Part shown: positions 38,199 through 48,464 of the stretch, piece by piece
Layout of the letters: every line of letters begins with the position of its first letter
How positions within the stretch are numbered: the stretch's first letter is position 1
NCBI GenBank assembly: GCA_041908065.1
Contig: JAYRGC010000039.1
Span: 2,481-66,480 of the forward strand
Direction: 5' to 3'
DNA: 64,000 bases
Source: Alphaproteobacteria bacterium
Lineage (GTDB): Bacteria > Pseudomonadota > Alphaproteobacteria > UBA9219
Translations under genes and position numbers: made by a program
Notes under the pieces: model-generated
Seen by the model: the letters and a program-made list of their open reading frames with translations, nothing else
Told to the model about the DNA's origin: nothing
The model's database searches: none

Positions 38199-38852
38199 TT
38201 ACCTCATGTTATAAGTGAAAGAGATTGAATTAGTGGAAGTTCCATTGCAAGCGGCAACTATGGCCGGAATCGACGGTATTGCAGGGGGGGTTATTGTGAG
38301 CGCACCAGCGTTTATATGTACCCTTGTCAGTCCTACATTGCCTGACAATCCTGAAACTTTTTGCACAAGATCAGGACATGCGTTTTGCGGTACACCATAG
38401 AAAACCACACTGAAATTAGACGCGCTGCCTGTGCCTGCGGCATCTGCACCCGGAGGAGCTGCATCAGCAGCAGCACTAGCGGCCTGTCCTTGAACTATTC
38501 TTGTGCCGAAAGCAGGAGTTGCCCCGCCAATTCCAGCCCAAGGATTGATGATGGATACGACGTTAGCCCCATTCTTGCCCAACATATCCGCTGGCACGGC
38601 ATTAGTCTGGCCGAGTGCAACCGACCATGGTACGGCTGCGCCAAAGTCGGAAGATGTCGCATATAAAGCCCTGACACCTTGAACTACTGACAGCAATTGC
38701 TCGCTGGCACGAGATATGCGCAGATTGGTGTAAACCGACGCCGCCGCCACCCAGACTCCGCCGAGGATCAATCCCACGATTCCGAGCACTATGGCTGCTT
38801 CGGTCAAGGTGAAGCCGCGCATCGCGCGGGCTTTTTGCCGTTCTACGATCAT
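38199..38852 (-). CDS. type IV pilin-like protein (class III signal peptide; unusually large)
   Basis: Leader MIVERQKARAMRG followed by FTLTEAAIVLGIVGLILGGVWVAAA (prepilin peptidase site G|FTL(T)E plus hydrophobic helix). There is a C-terminal Cys...Cys pair (D-region-like). No pilus-assembly genes are nearby. Confidence 0.6.
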   Translation of the reverse strand: MIVERQKARAMRGFTLTEAAIVLGIVGLILGGVWVAAASVYTNLRISRASEQLLSVVQGVRALYATSSDFGAAVPWSVALGQTNAVPADMLGKNGANVVSIINPWAGIGGATPAFGTRIVQGQAASAAADAAPPGADAAGTGSASNFSVVFYGVPQNACPDLVQKVSGLSGNVGLTRVHINAGALTITPPAIPSIPAIVAACNGTSTNSISFTYNMR

Positions 38853-39093
38853 AGTAATTCTCCGTTCGCTGTTTGCAGTTGCGACATACGGCCACGATAA
38901 GGATACAGGCACCATGCCTGAACGGCCACACGCCAAAGACCATAGCACCATCATTACGGCTGCGACATCCTGAAAACGTCGCGGCCACCGGAATTTTCTA
39001 AGCACGCTAGCGGGAGAATGTTATAAAAACGTTAATGCAAAAACAAGGAGGTTCTTTTTCAAAACGGTTAGGTACGACCAAAGGGAAGGGGAT

Positions 39094-39235
39094 CGTCATT
39101 GCGAGCCGCCCCTTGGCGGTGAAGCAATCCAGAGTCGTTGTGCATGTGGCACGGGTTTGCTCCGCCGCCACGGGGCGGCTCGCAATGACAGCCTTTGGCT
39201 GTAGACTCAATATGACGGCTTTTGGCTGTGACTTT
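39094..39235. repeat. family-A nested palindromic repeat, copy A3
   Basis: Same arms as A1/A2 plus the ACAGCC-TTT-GGCTGT sub-modules. Confidence 0.85.
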
Positions 39236-39258
39236 GTAATCAAGGAGAATGTTCCGAC

Positions 39259-39906
39259 ATGAAAGCCGCCGACATCGACGAGTTCTTTGCCCGCCTTGCC
39301 GCCGCGAGGCCGGAGCCGAAGATAGAGCTTGATTACGTCAATCCCTATACCCTGTTGGTGGCGGTGGTGCTGTCGGCCCAATCCACAGACGTCGGGGTGA
39401 ACAAGGCGACTGCTTCGCTGTTCCGCGAGGTTTCTTCTCCGGCGCAAATGGTGGCTTTGGGCGAGGAGAGGTTTAAGGAGCGCATAAAAACTATAGGACT
39501 GTTCAACGCCAAGGCGGCCAACATAATCGCCTTGTCCAAAATTTTAACTGAGAAGTTCGGCGGCGAGGTTCCTCGTTCCCGCGAGGAATTGCAGTCCTTG
39601 CCCGGGGTGGGACGCAAAAGCGCGAACGTCATTCTGAACACCGCGTTCAGGGAGCCGGTAATAGGGGTGGATACCCATATATTCCGCGTCGCCAACCGCA
39701 CCGGATTGGCGTTCGGCAAGACGCCGGAGGCAATCGAAAAGGAATTGATGAAGAAAATCCCCCCGCGTTGGCTGCTGAACGCGCATCATTGGCTGGTTTT
39801 GCATGGGCGATACACTTGCAAGGCCAAGAAACCGGATTGCGCCAATTGTCCGGTCAGCGCGTTATGCGAAAATAGGCAGGATTTGCGGACAGATAGCGGT
39901 CGCTGA
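39259..39906 (+). CDS. nth: endonuclease III
   Basis: HhH-GPD fold, catalytic Lys region and C-terminal [4Fe-4S] cluster loop CKAKKPDCANCPVSALC. Confidence 0.9.
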   Translation: MKAADIDEFFARLAAARPEPKIELDYVNPYTLLVAVVLSAQSTDVGVNKATASLFREVSSPAQMVALGEERFKERIKTIGLFNAKAANIIALSKILTEKFGGEVPRSREELQSLPGVGRKSANVILNTAFREPVIGVDTHIFRVANRTGLAFGKTPEAIEKELMKKIPPRWLLNAHHWLVLHGRYTCKAKKPDCANCPVSALCENRQDLRTDSGR

Positions 39907-39965
39907 GCTGCCACCGTGAGCCTGTCGAACGGCTGTCGAAGCGACTGCGATGGGATGGCCGCCGC

Positions 39966-40085
39966 TTGGTGAGGGTTATCAAGTTGGGTTTGAGAAAAGA
40001 ACCCTCACCAAGGTATTGCCACGAATTTTCGAAGGCGAAAATTCGGGCAAACCTATCCTCTCCCAGAGGGAGAGGGGGGATTGCT
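39966..40085. repeat. family-B three-hairpin repeat, second copy
   Basis: Near-identical to 37917-38040. Lies between nth and the T4CP-like gene. Confidence 0.85.
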
Positions 40086-40094
40086 GAACGTTGG

Positions 40095-42506
40095 TTACTT
40101 GCGATCCGACAAGCCTTTGTTCATTTTGTCGGCCATGGTTTCCAGCAATTTCATAACGCCGCCCGACAATCCGGTCTTCAGAACCGCGCCGCCGTAGTCC
40201 TTGTCTTCATCGCCGGATCTTTCAAGTTTGGATTCCAGAGCGGCTTCCATAAGGTCTTTGTCTTCGCTGAACGGCTTTGATTGCGCCGCAGTCACGCCGT
40301 TGCCGTTAGGATGGGCGTGGCCGTTTCCGTATTCGGCGCGGCTGATTTCGTCGATGGCGAACTCGTCGCCCGATTGCAGCAACGGAACGCCTTCGGGTTG
40401 CGATGCGGAAATCTGGGTCGGAAAACCGGATTCCGAGGCGGCTCGGGCAACCGAAGGCAAGGGCGGTTTGGCGGGAGAAGCCGCCGCCGCTTTGGCCGGT
40501 TGCGGCGCGGTCGTGGCGATATGAGCCAGAACCGAGGCCGTTTTATCCACGCCGCCGGATTTCGCCTCGGCCAGAGCGTCGGCAATCATGGAAATCTCCG
40601 CCGCCGTCGTGGCCGCCGGAGGAGACGCAGTGGCGGCCTTCCAATCCTTGTCCGACAGGCGGGTGGCCAATTCGGCCAAGGCGCGTTCTCTTGCCGTCGA
40701 GACGGTCGTTGTGGCCGGAACCGGCAGCATGTGGTGAACCCGCAAGGCCTTCACCTTGTCGGCCACGGCGTGGAACAGGCGGGCGCGGGAGATATACTCG
40801 GCGAACAGCATATGCACTTCGCCTTCGCGCTGGGTGCGAAGGTGGTCGTAGTCGGCGCGCACGCGCGATTGCGCCGCGCCCGCTCCGCGATCGTCGTAGA
40901 ACGGCGCGGTCATAAACAGGCTGGAGATGGTGTTGGTGGGGGAGGTCATGCCGCGATTTTCCATCACCCACGACGTGCCGACGTGTTCTTGGAAGAATTT
41001 TTTGGTTTCCGTCGGATCCTCGATTTTTCCAAATATCTTGAGGTTGCAGTTGCCGAGGATTGATTGCGCCTCTTGCTTGACGCGCTTTTCCATCGACGGC
41101 AAATCTTGCGCCGCGAATATCAGCGAGAAACCGAGCGAACGCGCTTGCGCCGCCATCACGGCCATGCCTTGGGCTGTGTAGTAGCCGACTTCGTCGAACA
41201 CCGTCATAAACGACGAGCTGGAGCGCGTTTGCTTGCTGCCGATTGCGCTTTCCCAGCTGCCCTCGACCGTGTTGCCCAGCGTCGCGCCCATCATGCCCTT
41301 GAGGCTAGCGGCGACGATTTTGCCTAAGTTGGCGGCTTCGTCGCCGGATTTTTCCAAGGCCGGAATCAGGCCGACCAGAATGCGGCGGTTCAGCACCACG
41401 TCCAAGACGTCGACGTCGGCCAGCTGCGCCTTGAAGATATAGCCGTATTCGTCGCCCAAAGACTGCAGCGAGCGGGTGAATTGCATCGACAGGTAGCCGT
41501 GTTGTTGCCGCGCCACCGACAAGTCGTACATCGGTTGTTCCGGCGAGGGGGGCTTTTCGTTGCCTTCGTCGTCGAAGGCCGCGTCGACGAAGCCCGGCAG
41601 GGTATTCAGGTATCCCCGCAGGGCGCGCAAAACGCGCTCGGGCAGGGTTTGGTCGCGGGAGAGGCGGATTATGGGCTTCAGCTCGATATATTCGCGCAAC
41701 ACGCCCACGTCCAACAATAATCCCTGCTTGTCGCGCTTGAACGTCAGCGCGGGCATCAACGCGCCCATCAGCGCGACGGCGCGTTCCTTCCACATGGCGT
41801 TGTCGCCGCCAGCGTCCGGCATCAGGCTGGTAACCATGTTCGTCAGATAAGATGCCGAGCCGTTGGCGAACGGGTTCATGGTGTTGGAGACGGCCCCGCT
41901 GTCGGAGTTGGCTGTCATGTAGTTGAGCACTAGCAGATCGTCATCGCGACCGAAACGACGGGCGATGGCGTACAGCGAAGCCCAAAGATCGGTGTCGGCC
42001 TTGCCATCGACGTAGACGAAGCCGGATCCCCATGCGAGGGAATTGACCACCAACGATTTCAGACCTTCGGTCTTTCCCGATCCAGTCGTGCCCAGAAACA
42101 GGATATGCGTGCGAGCGTCGCTATTGGTTAGCCACAATTCCCGCCCGTGATCGGGGTTCTCGGCGTCGTCGACTACGCCCAGATATAATATACCCTCCGA
42201 TTTTCCCGCGCCGGATTTTCCGGGCGGGGCGTTGTGTTTGTCCGGCAGTCCGGCGTTTTTGGGGAATTTGAACGGCATGACGAAGGGGCGTTTGCTCATC
42301 CATCTCGCGTAAAACAGCACGCAGAATAAGGCAATATCAGACCAAGCGTAGACTTCGGGCAAGACAATCAATGTGACGGACACGGCGGCCAACGCCGCCG
42401 CGAACATTTTTGTCTGTCCCCAGTAATCGGCGATACGCACCGACGCCGGCCGGACGTCGCGCATAAGATTGCGCCGAGCTATTGCGTGTTTGGGGAGAAT
42501 CGTCAT
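40095..42506 (-). CDS. type IV secretion coupling protein (T4CP; TraD/VirD4/DotL-like) homolog, orphan
   Basis: Two N-terminal TM helices, Walker A HILFLGTTGSGKTEGL, a downstream VYVDGKADTDLW block, Walker B SSFMTVFDEVGYY, and a long low-complexity Ala/Pro-rich acidic C-terminal tail. Confidence 0.55.
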   Translation of the reverse strand: MTILPKHAIARRNLMRDVRPASVRIADYWGQTKMFAAALAAVSVTLIVLPEVYAWSDIALFCVLFYARWMSKRPFVMPFKFPKNAGLPDKHNAPPGKSGAGKSEGILYLGVVDDAENPDHGRELWLTNSDARTHILFLGTTGSGKTEGLKSLVVNSLAWGSGFVYVDGKADTDLWASLYAIARRFGRDDDLLVLNYMTANSDSGAVSNTMNPFANGSASYLTNMVTSLMPDAGGDNAMWKERAVALMGALMPALTFKRDKQGLLLDVGVLREYIELKPIIRLSRDQTLPERVLRALRGYLNTLPGFVDAAFDDEGNEKPPSPEQPMYDLSVARQQHGYLSMQFTRSLQSLGDEYGYIFKAQLADVDVLDVVLNRRILVGLIPALEKSGDEAANLGKIVAASLKGMMGATLGNTVEGSWESAIGSKQTRSSSSFMTVFDEVGYYTAQGMAVMAAQARSLGFSLIFAAQDLPSMEKRVKQEAQSILGNCNLKIFGKIEDPTETKKFFQEHVGTSWVMENRGMTSPTNTISSLFMTAPFYDDRGAGAAQSRVRADYDHLRTQREGEVHMLFAEYISRARLFHAVADKVKALRVHHMLPVPATTTVSTARERALAELATRLSDKDWKAATASPPAATTAAEISMIADALAEAKSGGVDKTASVLAHIATTAPQPAKAAAASPAKPPLPSVARAASESGFPTQISASQPEGVPLLQSGDEFAIDEISRAEYGNGHAHPNGNGVTAAQSKPFSEDKDLMEAALESKLERSGDEDKDYGGAVLKTGLSGGVMKLLETMADKMNKGLSDRK

Positions 42507-42692
42507 TTTATTCGGCCATCACCAAATCAGGATTTCCCTTTGAGTTTTCCCCATATTCAAGCCGGAGTTTCTCCGACGGCTGGTTATATTACGGTTAATG
42601 CGGCAAAAATCCACGAAATTTAATGCGGAAACAAGGCAGTTGAAGGTATATTCTGCTATTTACGATGGCTATTGGTTAATATCGGAGGAAAA

Positions 42693-43268
42693 ATGCCGGA
42701 AAACCAGCCGCAAATGGGGCTTTGCGAAATCCTGCGCGCCGATCTTCGCCGGTTTGTTAACGGCGGATCTATCGGATGGTTGGCCATGGCGGCTTGCCTG
42801 TTCCTGCGAACGGGATTTTTGGCGGTGGCCATATACCGGCTGTCGGCGGCCTGCGCCAAGGGCGGAGCCTTGAGGAGAGCCTTGGCCAAGGTATTATGGC
42901 GGCTCAACGTGTTCATTAGCGGTTGCGACATAAGCCCGCGGGCGGTCATCGGGGCTGGTTTCAAAATGTCGCATCCGTGCGGGGTGGTTATCGGCCCAGC
43001 CGTCATCGGATCCAACGTGATGATGCTGCAAAACACTACCCTAGGGTTGCGCCGTTTCAGCGACGACGAGGACGATCCCAAGAATTATCCGGTTGTCGGC
43101 GATAACGTAATCATATGCGCCGGAGCGGTTTTGGCCGGAAGCGTGAAGGTGGGATCCAACGTGGTGATAGGAGCAAACGCGGTCGTCACATCGGACGTGC
43201 CGGACGACAGCACCGCCATAGGCGTTCCGGCGCGTCTGGTTCCCAGAGGACATGCCAAGCCGGTTTGA
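42693..43268 (+). CDS. hexapeptide-repeat acetyltransferase, serine O-acetyltransferase-like (short form)
   Basis: A left-handed beta-helix repeat region closely resembles the CysE C-terminus (IGAGFKMSHPCGVVIGPAVIGSNVMMLQNTTLG...VVGDNVIICAGAVLAGSVKVGSNVVIGANAVV...AIGVPARL). GGAGGA is the SD. Confidence 0.65.
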   Translation: MPENQPQMGLCEILRADLRRFVNGGSIGWLAMAACLFLRTGFLAVAIYRLSAACAKGGALRRALAKVLWRLNVFISGCDISPRAVIGAGFKMSHPCGVVIGPAVIGSNVMMLQNTTLGLRRFSDDEDDPKNYPVVGDNVIICAGAVLAGSVKVGSNVVIGANAVVTSDVPDDSTAIGVPARLVPRGHAKPV

Positions 43269-43304
43269 AAAAGCACCTACGGGCGGCAGGCCGGATTTGC
43301 AAAG

Positions 43305-43470
43305 TTATGGCCAAAGGCCGTCATTGCGAGCCGCCACTCTTTGGTTTGGACAGCGTTGAACGCTGTCGGGCGGCGAAGCAATCCAGTGCCGTTGCTCCAT
43401 AAGGTCTGGATTGCTTCGCCGCCAAGGGGCGGCTCGCAATGACGGCTTTTGGCTGTAGACCTTGCAATGG
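43305..43470. repeat. family-A nested palindromic repeat, copy A4 (with extra inner palindrome GGACAGCGTTGAACGCTGTC)
   Basis: Arms as A1-A3 plus an inserted hairpin that is also present in A8. Confidence 0.85.
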
Positions 43471-43490
43471 CGGTTTTCGGAATTATCAGT

Positions 43491-44366
43491 TCAAGCCGAT
43501 TTGCGGAATTCGGGTTCGAAGGGGCGGGGGGAATAGCGCAACAAGCGGCGGCCTTCTTCGCAATCGAAGACCATGTTTTCGTTCATGCGCTCGAACACGC
43601 CGTATCCTAGGGATTTTCCGTCGATAACCCGAAGACGTTTGCCGACGGCGAAGACGTTTTTTAGGACGGAAGTCGGCAAATGGAGCATAAGCGGGCGACG
43701 GTCAAGGGAACGGAAAATCTTTTTGACCATTTCGCGGTATGACAACACTTGGCCTCCGGCGATGTTCAACGACTTTCCGTAGACGGTGGAGTTTCCGATG
43801 GCTCCCATGATCGCCGCCGCCACGTCGTCGGCGTGGATCGGTTGCCGCAATCCCTTGGCTTCTCCGGCCAAGGGAAATACCCACATTTTCTTTATGAACC
43901 TGGCTATTCTGGAGATGTTTTGATCGGCCACGCCGTCATAGATCATGTTGGAACGTAAAATGGTGCAGGGAATTTCATGTATAGCAGCCCAAGATGTAAG
44001 GATGTTTTCGCCCATTTCGATATTTTCCGCCAACATTCTTTCTTTGGCGTCTTGGCTTTTGGCTTTGGAATATCTGCTTATGGAGCTTAACGCCACTATG
44101 GCTTGCGCGCCTGAAAACCTTTGCAGGTTGCGAGCCAGAACCCATATCGGGGCCAGACTAAGCAATATCGAGCCTTTCGGCATGACGGTTTTGTCGGTTT
44201 CCGAAATGTCGAGGTGGATGAGCTTAAATCCCGACGGCAGATCCAGATTGCGGCGCGATATGACGCTGGCTTCCAGTCCTTCGGCGGCAAGACGATCCAT
44301 AAGATATTCAGCGACAAGGCTGCGACCGCCGAAAATGACTATTTCAGGTTTGGGTGAATCCGTCAT
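43491..44366 (-). CDS. NAD(P)-dependent epimerase/dehydratase-family (atypical SDR) protein
   Basis: N-terminal Rossmann IVIFGGRSLVAEYLMDRL and overall NmrA/epimerase-like length and pattern. Confidence 0.55.
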   Translation of the reverse strand: MTDSPKPEIVIFGGRSLVAEYLMDRLAAEGLEASVISRRNLDLPSGFKLIHLDISETDKTVMPKGSILLSLAPIWVLARNLQRFSGAQAIVALSSISRYSKAKSQDAKERMLAENIEMGENILTSWAAIHEIPCTILRSNMIYDGVADQNISRIARFIKKMWVFPLAGEAKGLRQPIHADDVAAAIMGAIGNSTVYGKSLNIAGGQVLSYREMVKKIFRSLDRRPLMLHLPTSVLKNVFAVGKRLRVIDGKSLGYGVFERMNENMVFDCEEGRRLLRYSPRPFEPEFRKSA

Positions 44367-44547
44367 TTAACACCGCCTTAGGGATTTGATTGGAAGATAC
44401 GAAGGATCTGAAAATATCTATCGGTTGCCGCAGTATACTCGAATCGTTATAAAAACGGAACCGTTTGTGTGCGCTTTATTTTGCAGCTCCTGCGGATTGA
44501 GGCTATAAAGCCGTGTCGGATAACTTTTGTTACGGGGGGGCTATCGC

Positions 44548-45660
44548 ATGAGTCACGGGGCAGCAGAAGCGCAGGCGTACCGCCCTTGGCGCGAGATCAA
44601 GCGTCGCGCCAGTCGCCGGATAATGGTCGGCAAGGTTCCGGTCGGAGGGGACGCCCCTATCGCCGTGCAATCGATGACCAATACTTTGACTTCGGATGCC
44701 CAGGCCACTATCGCCCAGATAAAGCGGATGGAGGATGCCGGAGCCGATATCGTGCGGGTTTCCTGCCCCGACGAGGAATCCACAGCCGCGCTGAAGGAGA
44801 TCGTGCGTTCGGTGAGCGTTCCCATAGTGGCCGACATCCATTTCCATTATCGGCGCGGCATCGAAGCCGCCGAGGCCGGAGCGGCCTGTCTGCGTATTAA
44901 CCCGGGCAACATTGGCTCGGCGGAGCGGGTGCGGGAAGTCGTCAAGGCGGCCAAGGATCACGGATGCTCGATGCGGATAGGCGTCAACGCTGGATCGCTG
45001 GAGCACGAGCTTTTGGAGAAGTATGGCGAGCCTTGCCCCGACGCCATGGTCGAAAGCGCGTTGACGCACGCCAAGATTCTCGAAGACCACGATTTCCGCG
45101 AGTTTAAGATCAGCGTCAAGGCCTCGGACGTGTTTTTAGCCGTCGCCGCATATCATGGGCTGGCGGAGGCTTGCGATTATCCGTTGCACGTCGGCATCAC
45201 CGAGGCCGGAGGATTGCGGGCGGGCACGGTTAAAAGCTCCATCGGCATGGGCGCGTTGCTGTGGGCGGGGATCGGCGACACCATCCGCGTTTCGCTTTCC
45301 GCCGATCCGGTGGAGGAAGTGCGGGTGGGGTTTGATATTCTAAAGTCGCTGGGGCTTAGGAGCCGAGGCGTCACCGTTATTTCCTGTCCTTCGTGCGCGC
45401 GCCAGAATTTCGACGTCATCAAGACGGTGGCGGCGTTGGAGGAAAGGTTGGCGCATATAACGGAGCCGCTAACCGTTTCCGTTATCGGCTGCGTCGTCAA
45501 CGGCCCGGGCGAAGCCCTGATGACCGACATCGGATTTGCCGGAGGCGGCAAGAACACCCATCAGGTTTATGTCAACGGCCAGCAGGATCACCGTTTGAAG
45601 GACGGCGACATAGTTTCGCATTTGGCGGAACTGGTGGAAAAGGAAATCAAGAAGAAGTGA
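44548..45660 (+). CDS. ispG: 4-hydroxy-3-methylbut-2-en-1-yl diphosphate synthase (flavodoxin)
   Basis: GcpE signature blocks (VQSMTNT...DIVRVSCP...ADIHFH...RINPGNIG) and C-terminal Cys ligands (CPSCAR...GCVVNGPGE). Confidence 0.9.
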   Translation: MSHGAAEAQAYRPWREIKRRASRRIMVGKVPVGGDAPIAVQSMTNTLTSDAQATIAQIKRMEDAGADIVRVSCPDEESTAALKEIVRSVSVPIVADIHFHYRRGIEAAEAGAACLRINPGNIGSAERVREVVKAAKDHGCSMRIGVNAGSLEHELLEKYGEPCPDAMVESALTHAKILEDHDFREFKISVKASDVFLAVAAYHGLAEACDYPLHVGITEAGGLRAGTVKSSIGMGALLWAGIGDTIRVSLSADPVEEVRVGFDILKSLGLRSRGVTVISCPSCARQNFDVIKTVAALEERLAHITEPLTVSVIGCVVNGPGEALMTDIGFAGGGKNTHQVYVNGQQDHRLKDGDIVSHLAELVEKEIKKK

Positions 45661-45679
45661 TTAGACTTCTTGCATAACT

Positions 45680-45878
45680 GTCGTCATTGCGAGCGGCCCC
45701 TTGGCGGCGAAGCAATCCAGATTCATAGCGCAACGGCACTGGATTGCTTCGCCGCCAAGGGGCGGCTCGCAATGACGCCCTTCCTCAGCCCTCCCCAAAA
45801 AACCAAAATGTAAATCGGTGGATTTTAACGGGGTAGAGACAGCCTTTGGCTGTGACTTCGTAATGACGCTAAACTTGG
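45680..45878. repeat. family-A nested palindromic repeat, copy A5 (core plus detached ACAGCC-TTT-GGCTGT module)
   Basis: Core at 45680-45780, and a module agcctttggctgtgacttcgtaatgacgctaaac at 45841-45875. The outer TIR-like cttcttgcataa is at 45667. Confidence 0.8.
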
Positions 45879-45889
45879 CCGTAGCCTTC

Positions 45890-46966
<1,077 letters not shown>

Positions 46967-47057
46967 TCAAACCGCGAGGATTCCTATTCCTTTTGGCATT
47001 TGGTCGCCGCGATTGCAAGCGGTATCCATGGGAAAAATGCCGACATTATGGCGATCT

Positions 47058-47166
47058 GTCGTCATTGCGAGCGGCCTTCTTCTGGCCGCGAAGCAATCCA
47101 GTGCAGTTGCTCCATGGCTCTGGATTGCTTCGCGTCGCAAGGGCGACGCTCGCAATGACGCTAAAC
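47058..47166. repeat. family-A nested palindromic repeat, copy A6
   Basis: gtcattgcgagcggcc...gcgaagcaatcca // tggattgcttcgcgtcgcaagggcgacgctcgcaatgac. Confidence 0.85.
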
Positions 47167-47186
47167 AATGGATGGACTGCCTATTT

Positions 47187-47741
47187 TTAATCCTTTCCCT
47201 TAAGCATGTCCGCCAATCCGGCGAAGGGGTTGGGCGGCGGGGGAGATGATTCTTTCGTTTTCTCCGCCATGACGATCTCGGCGTCCTTGTGGCGAGGGTA
47301 GGGGTTCAGGGATACCGCCAAATGCTGGCTGACCAGTTCTCCCAGATCGATTGTTCCGTTCACTATCGGCTCCAGCATTTCTTCAGCGTCGGGCACGTCG
47401 TGGGGCGGATTGGCTCCGTGGGCGGCCATTTTAGGGGGAGCGCACAGCACTTCGATTTTTTCGGCGATCGTGGCCGGAACCGGCTCCAGCGTCACGACGC
47501 ACCGCTGCACCACTTTGGCGTTCATAGTGCCGGAGACTTTCACCATGCCGTCGGAGGCGTGGTCGGCGTTCAGCGTCGCTTCCAGCATAGGCAGATCCAA
47601 AAGACCGAAACGCTCGGCCAACGCCTTGCGTTCGGATGGGCGGGCGGTCATGCGTTCCACCACTCCGCCCGCAGGAATCCTGTCGACCCGCAGGGGACGG
47701 GAAAATTCGGGAGCGTTTTCGGCGGGAGGTTGCGATTTCAT
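47187..47741 (-). CDS. YceD/DUF177-family protein (23S rRNA accumulation protein-like)
   Basis: Size and central Cys-containing segment (VVQRCVVTLEP) are consistent with DUF177. Upstream of plsC-like in a lipid/ribosome neighbourhood. Weakly supported. Confidence 0.45.
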   Translation of the reverse strand: MKSQPPAENAPEFSRPLRVDRIPAGGVVERMTARPSERKALAERFGLLDLPMLEATLNADHASDGMVKVSGTMNAKVVQRCVVTLEPVPATIAEKIEVLCAPPKMAAHGANPPHDVPDAEEMLEPIVNGTIDLGELVSQHLAVSLNPYPRHKDAEIVMAEKTKESSPPPPNPFAGLADMLKGKD

Positions 47742-48451
47742 GGGTTGGCCGTCAGTTTGTCGCTGGCCGATTCCAGATCTTTTTGCAGCCGTTCCATCAG
47801 CTCATCCTTTGCCAGTCCGGCGGGGATGGGAGGGAGAAATTCTATGGTGATGGTTCCGGCGCGTTTCATAAAGCCGTTTTTCGGCCAGAAAAGCCCCGAG
47901 TTTAAAGCCATAGGCACGACGGGGATTTTTAAATCCTGATACAACGCCGCGACGCCGGATTTATAAGGCTTGCGTTCTTTGGGGGCGGTGCGGGTTCCTT
48001 GGGGGAAGATGATTATCTTGCGCCCCTGCGCCGCCGCCTCGCGGGCGGCCTTCAGCATTCCCGACACGGCGCGGGATCTGCCGCCGCGATCTATCGGGAT
48101 CATTCCGGCGCGTCCGGCGTACCATCCCCACACCGGCAGGCTTAAAAGCTCTTTTTTCAACACTATGGCGGGGTCGTAGAACATCAGGTGCATTTTACAG
48201 GTTTCCCACGCCGATTGGTGCTTGGCAGCGATTATGCACGTCCCTTCCGGCACGTTTTCCAATCCGACAATCCGGTAACGGATTTCGGCGATATGTCGCT
48301 CGAAGAACTCCAGATGCTTCAACCACATATGGATGAAAAAGAACAATCCGCGTTTGGGCAAAAGCAAAGCCCACAACAGGGCGAAGCATAAAAACGCCGT
48401 CCATCCGAAGAAGGCGAGATTGAAGAATATAGAGCGAAGGGTTGTAAGCAT
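47738..48451 (-). CDS. plsC: 1-acyl-sn-glycerol-3-phosphate acyltransferase (PlsC/LPLAT family)
   Basis: HxxxxD motif (AAKHQSAWETCKM) and FPQGTRT motif; N-terminal TM helix. Confidence 0.75.
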   Translation of the reverse strand: MLTTLRSIFFNLAFFGWTAFLCFALLWALLLPKRGLFFFIHMWLKHLEFFERHIAEIRYRIVGLENVPEGTCIIAAKHQSAWETCKMHLMFYDPAIVLKKELLSLPVWGWYAGRAGMIPIDRGGRSRAVSGMLKAAREAAAQGRKIIIFPQGTRTAPKERKPYKSGVAALYQDLKIPVVPMALNSGLFWPKNGFMKRAGTITIEFLPPIPAGLAKDELMERLQKDLESASDKLTANP

Positions 48452-48464
48452 CTGATCTTGCCAG

